Positions 28,407 through 38,648 of a DNA stretch of 64,000 nucleotides are shown piece by piece (position 1 is the stretch's first letter; every line of letters starts with the position of its first letter). Both the position numbers and the translations under genes were made by a program. Below the pieces are notes generated by a model. That model searched no databases. It was not told the DNA's origin and saw only the letters and a list, made by a program, of their open reading frames with translations. The stretch covers positions 1,664,001-1,728,000 of the forward strand of contig CAXXSR010000001.1 of NCBI GenBank assembly GCA_963662615.2, given 5' to 3'. Origin of the DNA: Dehalococcoidia bacterium (lineage in GTDB: Bacteria > Chloroflexota > Dehalococcoidia > Bin125).

Positions 28407-29108
28407 CTAGGTGCGGGCATGGTCCGTGCTTTCGCGATCGCCCGGGCCGCCGGCGGCGCCGCTGACCGCCGGCATCCGGCTGGAGTCGTCGTAGCCGCCG
28501 GTGAGCGCCACCAGCAGGTGATCTTCAAGGACAGCGACCCGCTCCCAGAGCCCCGCCGCGACGTCAGTGGGGAGGCCGTGTGCGCCGGCGTACGTGCGCA
28601 CGGCTTCATCCATGCCGCGACGAAAATAGGCGAAGGCGGCCACGGCATCGGTCAGGGTGACGCCGGCTTCGCGCAGCAGCGCGGCGTACCGCCGCCCCAG
28701 GGCAGCGGCGGCCGCCTCCAGGGCCGGTCGGTCGGCGGTGGAGGAGAGATAGCGCTCGACCAGCGCGACCGTCTCCCGCCCCAGTTCGGCGAGCCGGTTG
28801 CGCACGTCCGCCCCCAGCCCCACGAGCCACGCGGGCGGCGCGCCATTGTCGCCGTCAAGACGCGCACGAATCCGCTCAATGGCTTCGCCGTCGAACTCGC
28901 GCAGTTCATGCCGGGCTTCCTCCGTCAGCCTGAGAAGATCGCCGCCGAAAAAGCGGCGGTGTCCTCCCGGCGTGCGGAACGTGCGGACCGCGCCTGCGTC
29001 AGCCCAGCGTCGTAGCGTGGACTCGTTGACGCCGAGCGCACGGGAGGCCTCACCCAGGCCGATCCAGTCGCTCTGGCCAGTGCCTCGACGGGATGAAGAT
29101 GTCGCCAA
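28407..29108 (-). CDS. MerR/excisionase-type HTH regulator with a helical C-terminal (RsbR-N/globin-like) domain
   Basis: WIGLGEASRALGVNESTLRRWADAGAVRTFRTPGGHRRF is an HTH; the C-terminal domain contains LGRRYAALLREAGVTLTDAVAAFAYFRR. Confidence 0.8.
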   Translation of the reverse strand: MATSSSRRGTGQSDWIGLGEASRALGVNESTLRRWADAGAVRTFRTPGGHRRFFGGDLLRLTEEARHELREFDGEAIERIRARLDGDNGAPPAWLVGLGADVRNRLAELGRETVALVERYLSSTADRPALEAAAAALGRRYAALLREAGVTLTDAVAAFAYFRRGMDEAVRTYAGAHGLPTDVAAGLWERVAVLEDHLLVALTGGYDDSSRMPAVSGAAGGPGDRESTDHART

Positions 29109-29272
29109 AACTTAGGCAAATCTACAGAAACCTGCTTGAAGCTCGGTCAGTTTATGGCTCTTCAATCGCTGGCACAACCGTTGGCGGGGGAGGGATCGCG
29201 CGGCGAGAGATGAAGCAGGGAGGAGGTGGGGGAGTGCTGCAGCTCGGCGGCGGTCTTGGGTCGCCTCGCCGC

Positions 29273-29755
29273 CTATTCCATTCGCGGTTCGCGGACCTTG
29301 GTCAGCAGTCGCGCAACCTCAATGGCGGCATTCGCCGCTTCCTCACCCTTGTTGCCTGCGGCGCCGCCGGCGCGGGCCAGTGCCAGTTCAACACTCTCGG
29401 TCGCAAGGATCTCAAAGATGCAGGGCACGCCTGTGTCGAGCGCGACCCGGGCGATTCCGCGCGCGGCTTCGTTAGCCACCAGCGAATAGTGATCGGTCTC
29501 CCCCCGGATCACGGCGCCAAGGCAGACGATCGTGTCGTAGCGCCCGCTGCGCGCGGCCACCTGCGCCACCAGCGGCACTTCGAACGAGCCCGGTACCCAG
29601 TACACGTCGACGTCGTCATCGGCGGCGCCGCGCTCGCTCAGGGTCGAAAGGGCCCCATCCAGCAGCTTGCTCGTAATGAAGTCGTTGAAGCGGGCAACGA
29701 CAATGGCGAAGCGAAGGCCGGCGGCATCATGGCCGCCTTCGTAGACCTTCGGCAT
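29273..29755 (-). CDS. ribH: 6,7-dimethyl-8-ribityllumazine synthase
   Basis: VVARFN, VPGSFEVP and LGAVIRGETDHY motifs. Confidence 0.96.
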   Translation of the reverse strand: MPKVYEGGHDAAGLRFAIVVARFNDFITSKLLDGALSTLSERGAADDDVDVYWVPGSFEVPLVAQVAARSGRYDTIVCLGAVIRGETDHYSLVANEAARGIARVALDTGVPCIFEILATESVELALARAGGAAGNKGEEAANAAIEVARLLTKVREPRME

Positions 29756-29758
29756 GGG

Positions 29759-31144
29759 CTAGCCGCTCTGGTCGGCGACCGACGGCGTCGTGGTTCCGCG
29801 CTCGGCTACCTCTCGCCGTTCAGGGCTGGGGACGGCGGAAGGTGAGTCCGGCGACGCCTCTGCGCTCTCGTCATCGGGTGGGAAGCTGTCGCCGTCCAGG
29901 ATGTGCCCCATCTTTTCCCGTTTGGTTCCCAGATAGCGGACGTTGTAGGGATTGGGCCGGGCGACAATGGGGACCCGTTCCACGACTTCCAAGCCGTAGC
30001 CGGAGAGGCCGTGTCGCTTCGCCGGGTTGTTGGTGAGCAGGCGGATCTTCGAGATCCCCAAGTCGCGAAGGATCTGCATGCCCACGCCGTAGTCTCGTCG
30101 ATCCGCCGGGAAGCCCAGGACCAGATTCGCTTCCACCGTGTCCAAGCCGTCGTCCTGAAGTGCGTACGCCCGCAGCTTGTTGTGCAGACCGATCCCCCGG
30201 CCCTCTTGGCGCATGTAGACGAAGGCGCCCCGCCCTTCTTCGGCGATTTGCTCCAGCGCGATGTCCATCTGTTCGCCGCAATCGCAGCGCAAGGAGCCGA
30301 AGGCGTCGCCCGTGACGCATTGCGAGTGCACCCGCACGAGGACCGGCTCTTCCACGCGCACGTCGCCCGTGACGAGCGCCAGGTGCTCGTCTCCGTGCCC
30401 GTGCACACGGTAGCCGACGGCGCGGAAGATGCCGAAGCGGGTAGGCAGATTCGCCTCCGTGGTCCGCTCCACCAGTTTCTCAGTCCGGAGCCGATGCTTA
30501 ATGATCTCATCCACGCTGATCATTTTGATTGTGTGCCGTTTTGAGAAGCGCATGAGGTCCGGCAGGCGGGCCATGCTGCCGTCTGCCTTCATGATCTCGC
30601 AGATCACGGCGCCGGGGGGCAGGCTGGCGAGTTTGCACAGGTCCACGCTGGCTTCGGTCTGGCCGGCGCGAACCAGCACCCCTCCCCGCCGGGCACGGAG
30701 GGGAAACATGTGGCCGGGCGAGACGAGGTCCGCCGCCGTGCTCTCCGGATTAATGAGCACATGCACGGTGCGGGCGCGGTCAGAGACGGAGATGCCGGTG
30801 CTGACACCGGTTCGGGCCTCCACGGTGACCGTGAAGGCGGTCCCGTGGGGGGCGGAGTTCTCCCCCTGATCCACCATCAACCGCAGACCCAAGTCGTCCA
30901 GCCGCTCGCCGGTCATCGCCATACAGACGAGACCGCGACCATGCTTGGCCATGAAGTTGATTGATTCCGGCGTGACGAACTGAGCCGGCAAGCTCAGGTC
31001 GCCTTCGTTCTCGCGATCCTCGTCGTCGGTAATGATGACGAAGCGGCCGGCGCGATACTCTTCGATCGCTTCTTCGACCGTGCAAAAGGGGGCGCCGCGC
31101 GGATTCCCCCGCGCTTTCCGGCTCCCCGTCGTCGTGCGTACCAT
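29759..31144 (-). CDS. ribBA: Bifunctional DHBP synthase / GTP cyclohydrolase II
   Basis: [39 protein letters not shown] and LLTNNP motifs. Confidence 0.96.
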   Translation of the reverse strand: MVRTTTGSRKARGNPRGAPFCTVEEAIEEYRAGRFVIITDDEDRENEGDLSLPAQFVTPESINFMAKHGRGLVCMAMTGERLDDLGLRLMVDQGENSAPHGTAFTVTVEARTGVSTGISVSDRARTVHVLINPESTAADLVSPGHMFPLRARRGGVLVRAGQTEASVDLCKLASLPPGAVICEIMKADGSMARLPDLMRFSKRHTIKMISVDEIIKHRLRTEKLVERTTEANLPTRFGIFRAVGYRVHGHGDEHLALVTGDVRVEEPVLVRVHSQCVTGDAFGSLRCDCGEQMDIALEQIAEEGRGAFVYMRQEGRGIGLHNKLRAYALQDDGLDTVEANLVLGFPADRRDYGVGMQILRDLGISKIRLLTNNPAKRHGLSGYGLEVVERVPIVARPNPYNVRYLGTKREKMGHILDGDSFPPDDESAEASPDSPSAVPSPERREVAERGTTTPSVADQSG

Positions 31145-31174
31145 CTCTCTCCCCGAACGGTCGAGCGTCCGCCG

Positions 31175-31771
31175 TCAACTCGAGGGTAAGAGCCCTCGCT
31201 CGCCCAGCAGTTCGCCAACGTAGCGGGCCAAGATGTCCGTCTCCAGGTTCACGCGATCACCCGGCTCGCGGTCGAGCAGGTTCGTGTGGGCTTGAGTATA
31301 TGCCACCAGCGAGACTGAGAAGGTGCGCTCTGTCTTGGCGGTGACGGTGACGCTGACGCCGTCGATACAGACTGGGCCCTTCACCACCATGTAGCGAAGC
31401 AGCTCCGACGGCGCCTCATATGTAGCGATGATCGCGTCCGCCTCCGCTGCCAGCGAGCGCAGATTGCCGGTGCCCTCAACGACGCCGCGAACAATGTGAC
31501 CGCTGAGCCGGTCAGTGGGACGGACGGATCGCTCCAGGTTGACGCGGTCGCCCGGGCGCAGTGCTCCCAGGTCGGATCGCCGGTAGGTCTCCGGCATGAC
31601 GTTGGCGGCAAGCGAGCCGGCTTCCAGCTCGGTGACGGTCAGATCCACCCCGTTGATGGCGATGCTGTCGCCGGGCTTTGTGCCTTCAAGCACGAGCGAG
31701 GCGCTGATGCGCAGCACGCCGTCCCGCGCCTCCAGCACGGTTCCTACCTCCTCCACGATCCCCGTGAACAT
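31175..31771 (-). CDS. ribE: Riboflavin synthase
   Basis: N-terminal MFTGIVEE; repeated VNLE motifs. Confidence 0.94.
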   Translation of the reverse strand: MFTGIVEEVGTVLEARDGVLRISASLVLEGTKPGDSIAINGVDLTVTELEAGSLAANVMPETYRRSDLGALRPGDRVNLERSVRPTDRLSGHIVRGVVEGTGNLRSLAAEADAIIATYEAPSELLRYMVVKGPVCIDGVSVTVTAKTERTFSVSLVAYTQAHTNLLDREPGDRVNLETDILARYVGELLGERGLLPSS

Positions 31772-31806
31772 TGCCGCTCCCCCCGCGCCTTTTCCTTACC
31801 GCAGGT

Positions 31807-33420
31807 TCAGGGTGGACCGCCGCCCCTTCCCAGCTCTTTGATGCGGAGCGTCACGCCGTCCTCCGTCCGTCTGTAGTAGCGGTAGCCGCGACGCCCCCAC
31901 TCCTCTCGTGAACACGGCGCCATCCCTGAGAGGTCAGTGTCGCCGGTCGTCAGCCAACGGAAGGCGCGGCCGGCGGCGGAAGCTTCCGCCGTGTCCAACA
32001 GCCGCTCCACCAGACCGTGATGGCGCCATTCCGGCGCTACACAGAGCAGTTCCAGTGTGGCCGTGCCACCTCCGTCAGCGTGTTCGGGCCGCGCGGCGTC
32101 GCGATAGGAGAGCGCGACGCCGCCAACGATGCGCCCGTCTTGGACCGCAACCCAAACGCCGCCGTCACCGCCGACGGCACGATCAAACGCCGCCTCAATG
32201 GCGGGCTCGCGCTCGGCGCGCTGCGCGGGATCGCCGATGAGCTCGCGATAGCCGGCGGTGTCGGCAGCGCCGGCTGGTCGGACGAGCACTTGGCCGTCGG
32301 GAGGCCGCTCGATCGGATACCCGGTGACCAGCACGTCCTCGCCAAAATGCTCAATGGTCACGTCGCGAAGGCGCACGGCGTCCGCGACCCGTTGCGCGCC
32401 CGCGCCCCCCACCGCCGTCGCGCCCTCCCCACCAATGATCATGGGCGCGATCACGGCGTGCACCTTGTTCACCAAGCGCGCGTCAACGAAAGAGCCGTGG
32501 ACCTGACCGCCGCCTTCTACGAGCAGGGAGACGATGCCATGTTCGCCGCCCAGAATGTCGAGGAGCGGAGCCAGCGCAACACGTCCGTCCTCCCCCGGCA
32601 GCTCCAGGACCTGCGCGCCGGCGGTCTCGATTTGCGCTCGCCAGTCCGCCGGCGCCGCGGGGGTCGTGGCGATGAGCGTCCGCGCGATGTCTTGATCCTG
32701 GAGCACGCGGGCGCCGGCCGGCGTGCGGCCGCGGCTGTCGAGCACGATACGAAGGGGCTGTGGCACGTTGCTGCTGACCCCGTCCGGCCGAGCGGTTAGC
32801 TGCGGGTCATCCAGCAGGATCGTATCCACCCCAACGAGGATGGCATCGATCGTGGGCCGTAGCCGGTGGGCCCAGGCGCGGGTGTGAGGGCCGCTGAGCC
32901 AGCGCGAATCGCCGCTGGCAGCAGCGATCTTGCCATCGAGACTGGCGGCAAACTTCAGGATGACGAACGGGCGCGCTGTGCGACGGTGGTGCGTATATGC
33001 CTCATAGTGCCGCCGCGCCTCCTCAGCACCGTCACCGGCGCGCACCGTGAGGCCGGCAGCGCGCAAGAGCTGAATGCCGCGGCCGTCCACGCGAGGATCG
33101 GGATCGCCGGTGGCGACGACCACTTCAACGATCCCCGCCTGCGCAATGGCGTCAGTGCAAGGCGGCGTCCGACCGAGGGTTGAGCACGGCTCCAGCGTGA
33201 CGTACAGCGTAGCGCCGGCGGCGCTGGTTCCGGCGTCGCGGATGGCCATCACTTCCGCGTGAGGCTCCCCCGGGGACTGCGTGGCGCCTTCGCCGACGAG
33301 CCTGCCGTTCTTCACCAGCACCGCTCCCACGGCAGGATTGGGGGAGGTGGCGCCCAGGACGCTGCGGGCCAGGTCCAGCGCATGCCTCATGGAGTCGGAG
33401 ACGCTCTTCTCCACCGTCAC
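31807..33420 (-). CDS. ribD: RibD deaminase/reductase with a C-terminal GNAT acetyltransferase domain
   Basis: HAE, TLEPCS...TPPC, SLDGKIA and VEGGG, then ~165 extra aa with VRPA, VWVAVQDGRIVG and LCVAPEWRHHGL (GNAT motif A). Confidence 0.92.
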   Translation of the reverse strand: MTVEKSVSDSMRHALDLARSVLGATSPNPAVGAVLVKNGRLVGEGATQSPGEPHAEVMAIRDAGTSAAGATLYVTLEPCSTLGRTPPCTDAIAQAGIVEVVVATGDPDPRVDGRGIQLLRAAGLTVRAGDGAEEARRHYEAYTHHRRTARPFVILKFAASLDGKIAAASGDSRWLSGPHTRAWAHRLRPTIDAILVGVDTILLDDPQLTARPDGVSSNVPQPLRIVLDSRGRTPAGARVLQDQDIARTLIATTPAAPADWRAQIETAGAQVLELPGEDGRVALAPLLDILGGEHGIVSLLVEGGGQVHGSFVDARLVNKVHAVIAPMIIGGEGATAVGGAGAQRVADAVRLRDVTIEHFGEDVLVTGYPIERPPDGQVLVRPAGAADTAGYRELIGDPAQRAEREPAIEAAFDRAVGGDGGVWVAVQDGRIVGGVALSYRDAARPEHADGGGTATLELLCVAPEWRHHGLVERLLDTAEASAAGRAFRWLTTGDTDLSGMAPCSREEWGRRGYRYYRRTEDGVTLRIKELGRGGGPP

Positions 33421-34001
33421 GGCGATCTCCCCACGGGTTCATCCCAGATCCGACTCGCCAGGGCCGCGTCTTGGCCGGAGTACTTGTGATGCCGCTCGCT
33501 GCCGTAGGGCCGCTCAGCCGGGGACGAAAGCTGCTGGAACGTAAAGGCGCATATTCGCATGCCAGGATATAAGGCCACGGGCATGACGCCGAGGTTGCCA
33601 AGCTCCATGGCCGGCTTTCCGTCCCAGCCGGGATGGAAGAGGCTCGCGGTGCTGTGCACGATGATGCCCAGGCGGCCGAGGCTGCTTCGTCCCTCCAAGC
33701 GGCCCACGAGGTCAGGCGCCAGGGTCAGGCGCTCGAGCGTGGTTGCGAGCACGAGCTCGTGGGGATGCACAATGAACGGCTCATCCTGCGCCGGGGTGAT
33801 CTGCCGGGTGGCTCCTTGCGCTGTCTCAAGCCGGCGCGGATCGATGTACGGCAGCTTGGTTCGCTCGAAGACGAGAAACGACGCCCCAAGGCGGAAGTCG
33901 AGCGACGCAGGCCCAAGGCGCTCGGCTAGTCCGTCATCAGGATGGATGACGATACGACCGTCGGCCAAGGCCTCTTTAATGTCCCGATCCGAGAGGAGCA
34001 T
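33417..34001 (-). CDS. dcd: dCTP deaminase
   Basis: MLLSDRDI, PASLDFRL, EGRSSLGRLG and KYSGQ; ATG at 34001. Confidence 0.92.
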   Translation of the reverse strand: MLLSDRDIKEALADGRIVIHPDDGLAERLGPASLDFRLGASFLVFERTKLPYIDPRRLETAQGATRQITPAQDEPFIVHPHELVLATTLERLTLAPDLVGRLEGRSSLGRLGIIVHSTASLFHPGWDGKPAMELGNLGVMPVALYPGMRICAFTFQQLSSPAERPYGSERHHKYSGQDAALASRIWDEPVGRSP

Positions 34002-34228
34002 CCAACCCTCCATGCGGGGACAGGAAGCGGGCGGCGCTCCGCCCGCCCGCGCTGCCATCGCACAGGGTATTTTCGCACGGGAGCGAGCGAATGCCACAAC
34101 GACGTGGATTCTAACTCTGGCCCACACATCGTGAGGGGCGGATGGAGCAAGGGAGGGCGAGGGAACGAGAAGCGAAACCGGGAGGGGAGAGAATCGTCGT
34201 CGCCACCGCGAAGCTGGGAGGTGAGCGT

Positions 34229-35517
34229 CTACGCGCGCCTGCGGCGGAACCAGAGAGCAGCGAGCAGGCCCGCGCCCGCGCTGGCCGCCAGCGCGATCTC
34301 GACTGTCAGCAGCCAGTCGTCCCCGCTGCCAGGTTCGTCGCGGGCAACCTGTGCCGGAGGTGCGTCGCTGGAGGGAGCGGGCTGCGCTGCAGGCGCCGCT
34401 GCGCCTGCCGCCGGGCCGGGGGCCGCAGGCTCGGTCCTCAAGGCGGGCGCTTCGCCGCCGCTCGCGCGGGGCGGTACGGATTCGACGTCCGCGGACCGCG
34501 TGGGCGTCTGCGGGGGCTCGTCCCTCGCGTCCGGCGGGGCGGTTGGCGGTGCGGCGTCAGCGGTCCGGGGTTCCTGGGCCGGCGACGCGGGAGCGGCCGT
34601 GGGCTCCTGATCCGTCTCGGGCTCGCTGGGAGCTGCCGCAGCGAGGGCGGCAGCCTCCCCCTTTTCGTCATCGGCGGCGGCTTCCGCCTCGCCGGACAGC
34701 GATTCGGGTGCAGCGGTGTCTGCCGGAGTCCCCTCGGCTGCGGGGATGGCGACCGACTCCGGCTCATCCGGCTCGTCAGCGGTGGCATCCGCGGAGGCGT
34801 CCTGCTCAACTTCCGGCGGAACGGTGGCGGCAGTTGCGGATTCGACCTCGCTGTCTTGGGGCGAGGCTGACGGTGCGGCCTGCTCGTCGCTGGCGCCTTG
34901 ATCGCTGGGCGAAGGGCCCGTCGGCGCGCTCGTGTCTGGAACCGCTTCGGTCGCCGCGGGGGAAGGCAGCGATTCTTGTGGATCCGCCGGGGCAGGCGCT
35001 TCCGCTGGGGAGACGGCAGCCGCGACGGCGGCGCCGTCGTCCGGCCGAGCTTGCGCCGGTGCCGGCGCTTGCGCGGGCTGCTCCTCAAGCGGCACCACCT
35101 CGGCCGCGGAGGGCACGAGTGCGACGGCAGGACTCGTGGTGGAGTCATCCTGCGAGAGATCCACGACGATGACCGCAGCGAGCGCCGCGGCCGCGACGGT
35201 GGAGAACGTCGCGGCGGTGCGCATGCCGAGCACCCCTCCACCCAGGACGCCCCAGCCCCACCGCACGGGTCCGCCCGCGGATGCGGTCCCCGCTGCCTCC
35301 TCAGGGTCAGAGTGAAGCTCCGCCGGGGTTGCACTGCCGGGAGATCGCGGAGGACCGCCTTCGTGGCGCGAAGACTCTCGACCTCCTCTCGCAGGCGCGG
35401 CGAGGCCGTCAGTTGGCGCGAGAAGGCGTCTCGACGGCGCGGCGACAGTTCGCCATCCACGAAGGCGGATGCCTCATCGAACCAGTTGGAGCAGCGCCGG
35501 AAGACACGCCCGATCAC
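34229..35517 (-). CDS. Membrane anti-sigma factor, apparent 1-nt frameshift at ~35305
   Basis: The N-terminal anti-sigma domain (SAFVDGELS...LRDLPAVQPRRSFTL) is in one frame; a TM helix, Ala/Pro/Glu-rich linker and C-terminal TM+RRRRA are in another. Adding one C to the CCC at 35304-35306 joins them (TLTPEEAAG). Confidence 0.7.
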
Positions 35518-36173
35518 GGGTGACTCCTCGCAGGGGACGGATCAGCTGATCCCTCCCTCTCTGCTAGACGTTGTACCTGCCCGGGTAGTTCCCCTTGCCC
35601 TCGCAGGTAGTCGCGCAGGCGGCTGCGGCCACGGCTAATCCGTGACTTGACGGTGCCGACGGAGGTCCCCATGCATCTGGCGATCTCTTCGTAGGAGTGC
35701 CCGTGCACGTCGGCCAGAAGCACTGCCATGCGTTGATCGGCAGGGAGTGCCGCCAGGCCGCGCTGGATCACGCGTACCGTTTCGGCATCCAGCGACCGCT
35801 CCTCTGGGGAGCGCCCGGCGGCGGGGCCCATGACCGCCTCGCCACTGTCCGCCACCAGCACGTCCAGGGAGTCGGTGGGACGTCGCTTACGCTTGCGCAA
35901 TTCGTCACGGCACTGATTGCCCGCGATGCGGAGAATCCAGGCCTGAAAGGATCCGCCGCGATATCCGCCCAGCCCGCGCCAGGCGGAGATGAAGGTCTCT
36001 TGACTGGCGTCTTCCGCTGCACTCGCCGACGCGAGCATGCGGAGACAGAGCCCGAAAACCGGTCGCTGATAGCGCACAACGAGGGCATTGAACGAGCTGA
36101 GATCGTCGGCTTGTGCGCGCCGTGCAAGCTCGTCATCGCTTAGAGGATGGAGTCGATTGTTCTCGGTCCCCAT
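35514..36173 (-). CDS. ECF sigma-70 family factor
   Basis: AEDASQETFISAW, FQAWILRIAGN, SYEEIA and GTVKSRISRGR motifs. Confidence 0.93.
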   Translation of the reverse strand: MGTENNRLHPLSDDELARRAQADDLSSFNALVVRYQRPVFGLCLRMLASASAAEDASQETFISAWRGLGGYRGGSFQAWILRIAGNQCRDELRKRKRRPTDSLDVLVADSGEAVMGPAAGRSPEERSLDAETVRVIQRGLAALPADQRMAVLLADVHGHSYEEIARCMGTSVGTVKSRISRGRSRLRDYLRGQGELPGQVQRLAEREGSADPSPARSHP

Positions 36174-36339
36174 GCCACCCCGCGTTCGTCCGCCCGCGAG
36201 ACGGGCACCCGACAGGCCGAAGCCATGCCTGTCGGAGCACGGACAAGCATCCGCTGGAGTGTATCAGCGCGACATTGTTGGCACAGGCGAGCGCTTGGCG
36301 GCAAGATGAGCGTGGACACCGACTGTCCCGGGAACGTAG

Positions 36340-37185
36340 ATGCCACTGGTCTCTTCTTTGCCGATGATTGCGAGCGCCTTTGGCCGGGGCCGGGCGGTCC
36401 TGGCGTTCAACGTCTCCAGCCTGGAGATGGCGCAGGGCGTGGTGGAGGCCGCCGAAGCAAGCGGCCGTCCGGTCGTTGTGCAGTTCAACCGCGCCGGCTT
36501 GCAACACATTGGCGGCGTGCACGTGGCGGCCAGCGCGATCGGGGCGCTCGCCGGGGCGGCGTCTACACCCGTGGCGTTGCATCTCGACCATGCCGATACC
36601 GTGGCGGAGCTGCACGCCGCCGCCGCAGCAGGCTTCACCTCCCTCATGATCGACGGCTCAACGCTCCCCTTCGCCGAGCATGTCGCCTTGGCGCGTGAGG
36701 GACGCGCGGTCGCGACGAGCGCAGGCTGCCCGCTCGAGGCGGAGCTGGGCCACGTGGCCGGGACCGAGGCCGGTGTACGCATCGCCGCGGAGTCGCTGAC
36801 GGACCCCGAGCAGGCGGCGCGATTCGTGACGGCTACGGGCGTGGAGATGCTGGCGGTCTCTATTGGCAACGTCCACGGCCGGGCGCCGTCCTCACCATCG
36901 TTAGACCTGGTGCGGCTCGAGCGGATCCGCGCGATGACTGCGATCCCGTTGGTGCTTCACGGCGCATCGGGGCTCGCCCCTACGTCGATAGAAGCCGCGG
37001 TCACAAGGGGGGTCGCCAAAATCAACGTTGGGACCGGCGTGCACAGCGCTTTCGTGGCGGGCTTGCGAAGCGGCCTCGCCGGCTCCGACGACGGACGCGA
37101 GGTCCTGGCCGCCGCCCGAGACGCCGTCCGCCATTACGCCGATGCGTTGCTGCGCGCGCCCTATGCCCTGGCCGGAGTTGATTGA
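36340..37185 (+). CDS. fba: Class II fructose/tagatose-bisphosphate aldolase
   Basis: ALHLDH, MIDGS, EAELGHVAG, IGNVHG, LVLHGASG and KINVGT motifs. Confidence 0.88.
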   Translation: MPLVSSLPMIASAFGRGRAVLAFNVSSLEMAQGVVEAAEASGRPVVVQFNRAGLQHIGGVHVAASAIGALAGAASTPVALHLDHADTVAELHAAAAAGFTSLMIDGSTLPFAEHVALAREGRAVATSAGCPLEAELGHVAGTEAGVRIAAESLTDPEQAARFVTATGVEMLAVSIGNVHGRAPSSPSLDLVRLERIRAMTAIPLVLHGASGLAPTSIEAAVTRGVAKINVGTGVHSAFVAGLRSGLAGSDDGREVLAAARDAVRHYADALLRAPYALAGVD

Positions 37186-37271
37186 GCGCTCGCCATGCAA
37201 CCCAGAGCGATTGGCAGCACTGACGCTCGGGGCTACGCTGAGCAGGGCCCGATCTGGAGCCGGCGGACTCT

Positions 37272-37901
37272 ATGAATCTGCGCTACGGCCTTCTTCGAGA
37301 GCTTGTTGAGATCGCGATCCTGGCGCTCTTGGTGTTCTTGCTCGCGCGCGAGGCGGTTCAGAACTTTCAGGTCGAGGGGTCCAGCATGGCGCCGACGCTC
37401 GACAGCCGCGAGTTTGTCCTTGTCAACAAGTTCTCCTATTGGCAGGTGGATTGGGGACCTATGGACTTCCTGATCCCGGGGAAGAGCAACGGTGACTACC
37501 TGTTCGGCGGGCCCAAGCGTGGCGACGTCGTCGTCTTTCGCTCACCGTTCGACGATTCGCGCGATTTCGTCAAGCGGGTGATCGGGCTGCCGGGCGACAG
37601 CGTGGAGATCCGCGACGGCCTGGTCTTTGTCAACGGCGCGGGGTTGGATGAGAAGGACTACATCTCGGCGCCGCCCTCCTACACGTGCCGCCCGGCGACG
37701 TGCGGGCCCATGACGGTGCCGCCCAACCACTACTTCGTGCTGGGCGACAACCGCAACGCCAGCCAGGACTCTCACGTGTTCGGCCCCGTCCACAAACGGC
37801 TCCTTGTAGGCAAAGCGATCTTCCGCTGGTACCCACTGGATCGGATTGGTGACGCGGGCGGTCAAGATCTCGTCACCGTGGACGGGACGAGCTTGCCGTG
37901 A
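37272..37901 (+). CDS. lepB: Signal peptidase I
   Basis: GSSMAPTL, FVKRVIGLPGD and GDNRNASQDS motifs. Confidence 0.95.
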   Translation: MNLRYGLLRELVEIAILALLVFLLAREAVQNFQVEGSSMAPTLDSREFVLVNKFSYWQVDWGPMDFLIPGKSNGDYLFGGPKRGDVVVFRSPFDDSRDFVKRVIGLPGDSVEIRDGLVFVNGAGLDEKDYISAPPSYTCRPATCGPMTVPPNHYFVLGDNRNASQDSHVFGPVHKRLLVGKAIFRWYPLDRIGDAGGQDLVTVDGTSLP

Positions 37902-38464
37902 GCGTGGCCGCGGAGCCGCTGCAGCTCCTGCGCGACGCCGGCGCAGTCCTGGAAGGGCATTTCCAGCTCACATCAGGACGGCACAGCGCCATCTACGTTG
38001 AAAAGTTCCGCCTCTTGGAGGACCCAGCCGCGACCGGGGCGCTCTGCCGTCGAATCGCGGATCACTTTCGCGGCGCGGAGCCGGACGTGGTCGTTGGCCC
38101 CACAACGGGCGGGATCATTCTGGCCTATGAGACGGCCCGCGAACTGGCCGTCCGCAGCTTTTTCGCCGAGCCGCGCGGCGACGGCAGCGGGCGCGAGTTT
38201 CAACGAGGTTTTGCGTTCCGGCCCGGCGAGCGCACGCTGGTCGTGGACGACGTGCTCACGACCGGCGGATCGATTCGCGACACGATGGCGGCCGTGGTGC
38301 GAGCCGGCGGTAGGCCTGTCGGCGTTGGGGTGGTCGTGGATCGCAGTGGTGGTCGCACGGAGTTCGGCATGCCGTTCTTCGCGTGTATGACGTTGGACGT
38401 AGAGACGTACGCCGCCGAGAGCTGCCCGCTCTGCCGACAAGGCGTGCCCGCGGTGCAGACCTGA
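37898..38464 (+). CDS. pyrE: Orotate phosphoribosyltransferase
   Basis: GHFQLTSGRHS and VVDDVLTTGGS; C-terminal CPLC. Confidence 0.93.
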   Translation: MSVAAEPLQLLRDAGAVLEGHFQLTSGRHSAIYVEKFRLLEDPAATGALCRRIADHFRGAEPDVVVGPTTGGIILAYETARELAVRSFFAEPRGDGSGREFQRGFAFRPGERTLVVDDVLTTGGSIRDTMAAVVRAGGRPVGVGVVVDRSGGRTEFGMPFFACMTLDVETYAAESCPLCRQGVPAVQT

Positions 38465-38648
38465 CCGTGGAGCAGCGCCGCTAGGGCCATGGGCTCGGCG
38501 CGAATCGGTCCGGCTTCATCGCCGTGGCGAGGACGATCCCGGCCGTAAGGCCGTGATGGCCGCGCGCCGGGAAGGGCCGGGCCGGCGTCCCGTGGCAACC
38601 AGGGAGTGGACAACGCACGACGTGCGCCATGCGCGGCAAGATGTCGCC

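Noticed and set aside
34002-34228. FMN riboswitch or NrdR boxes ahead of the dcd-rib operon
   Set aside because: No RFN consensus segments found; the CCAC-N6-GTGG palindrome does not fit NrdR spacing.
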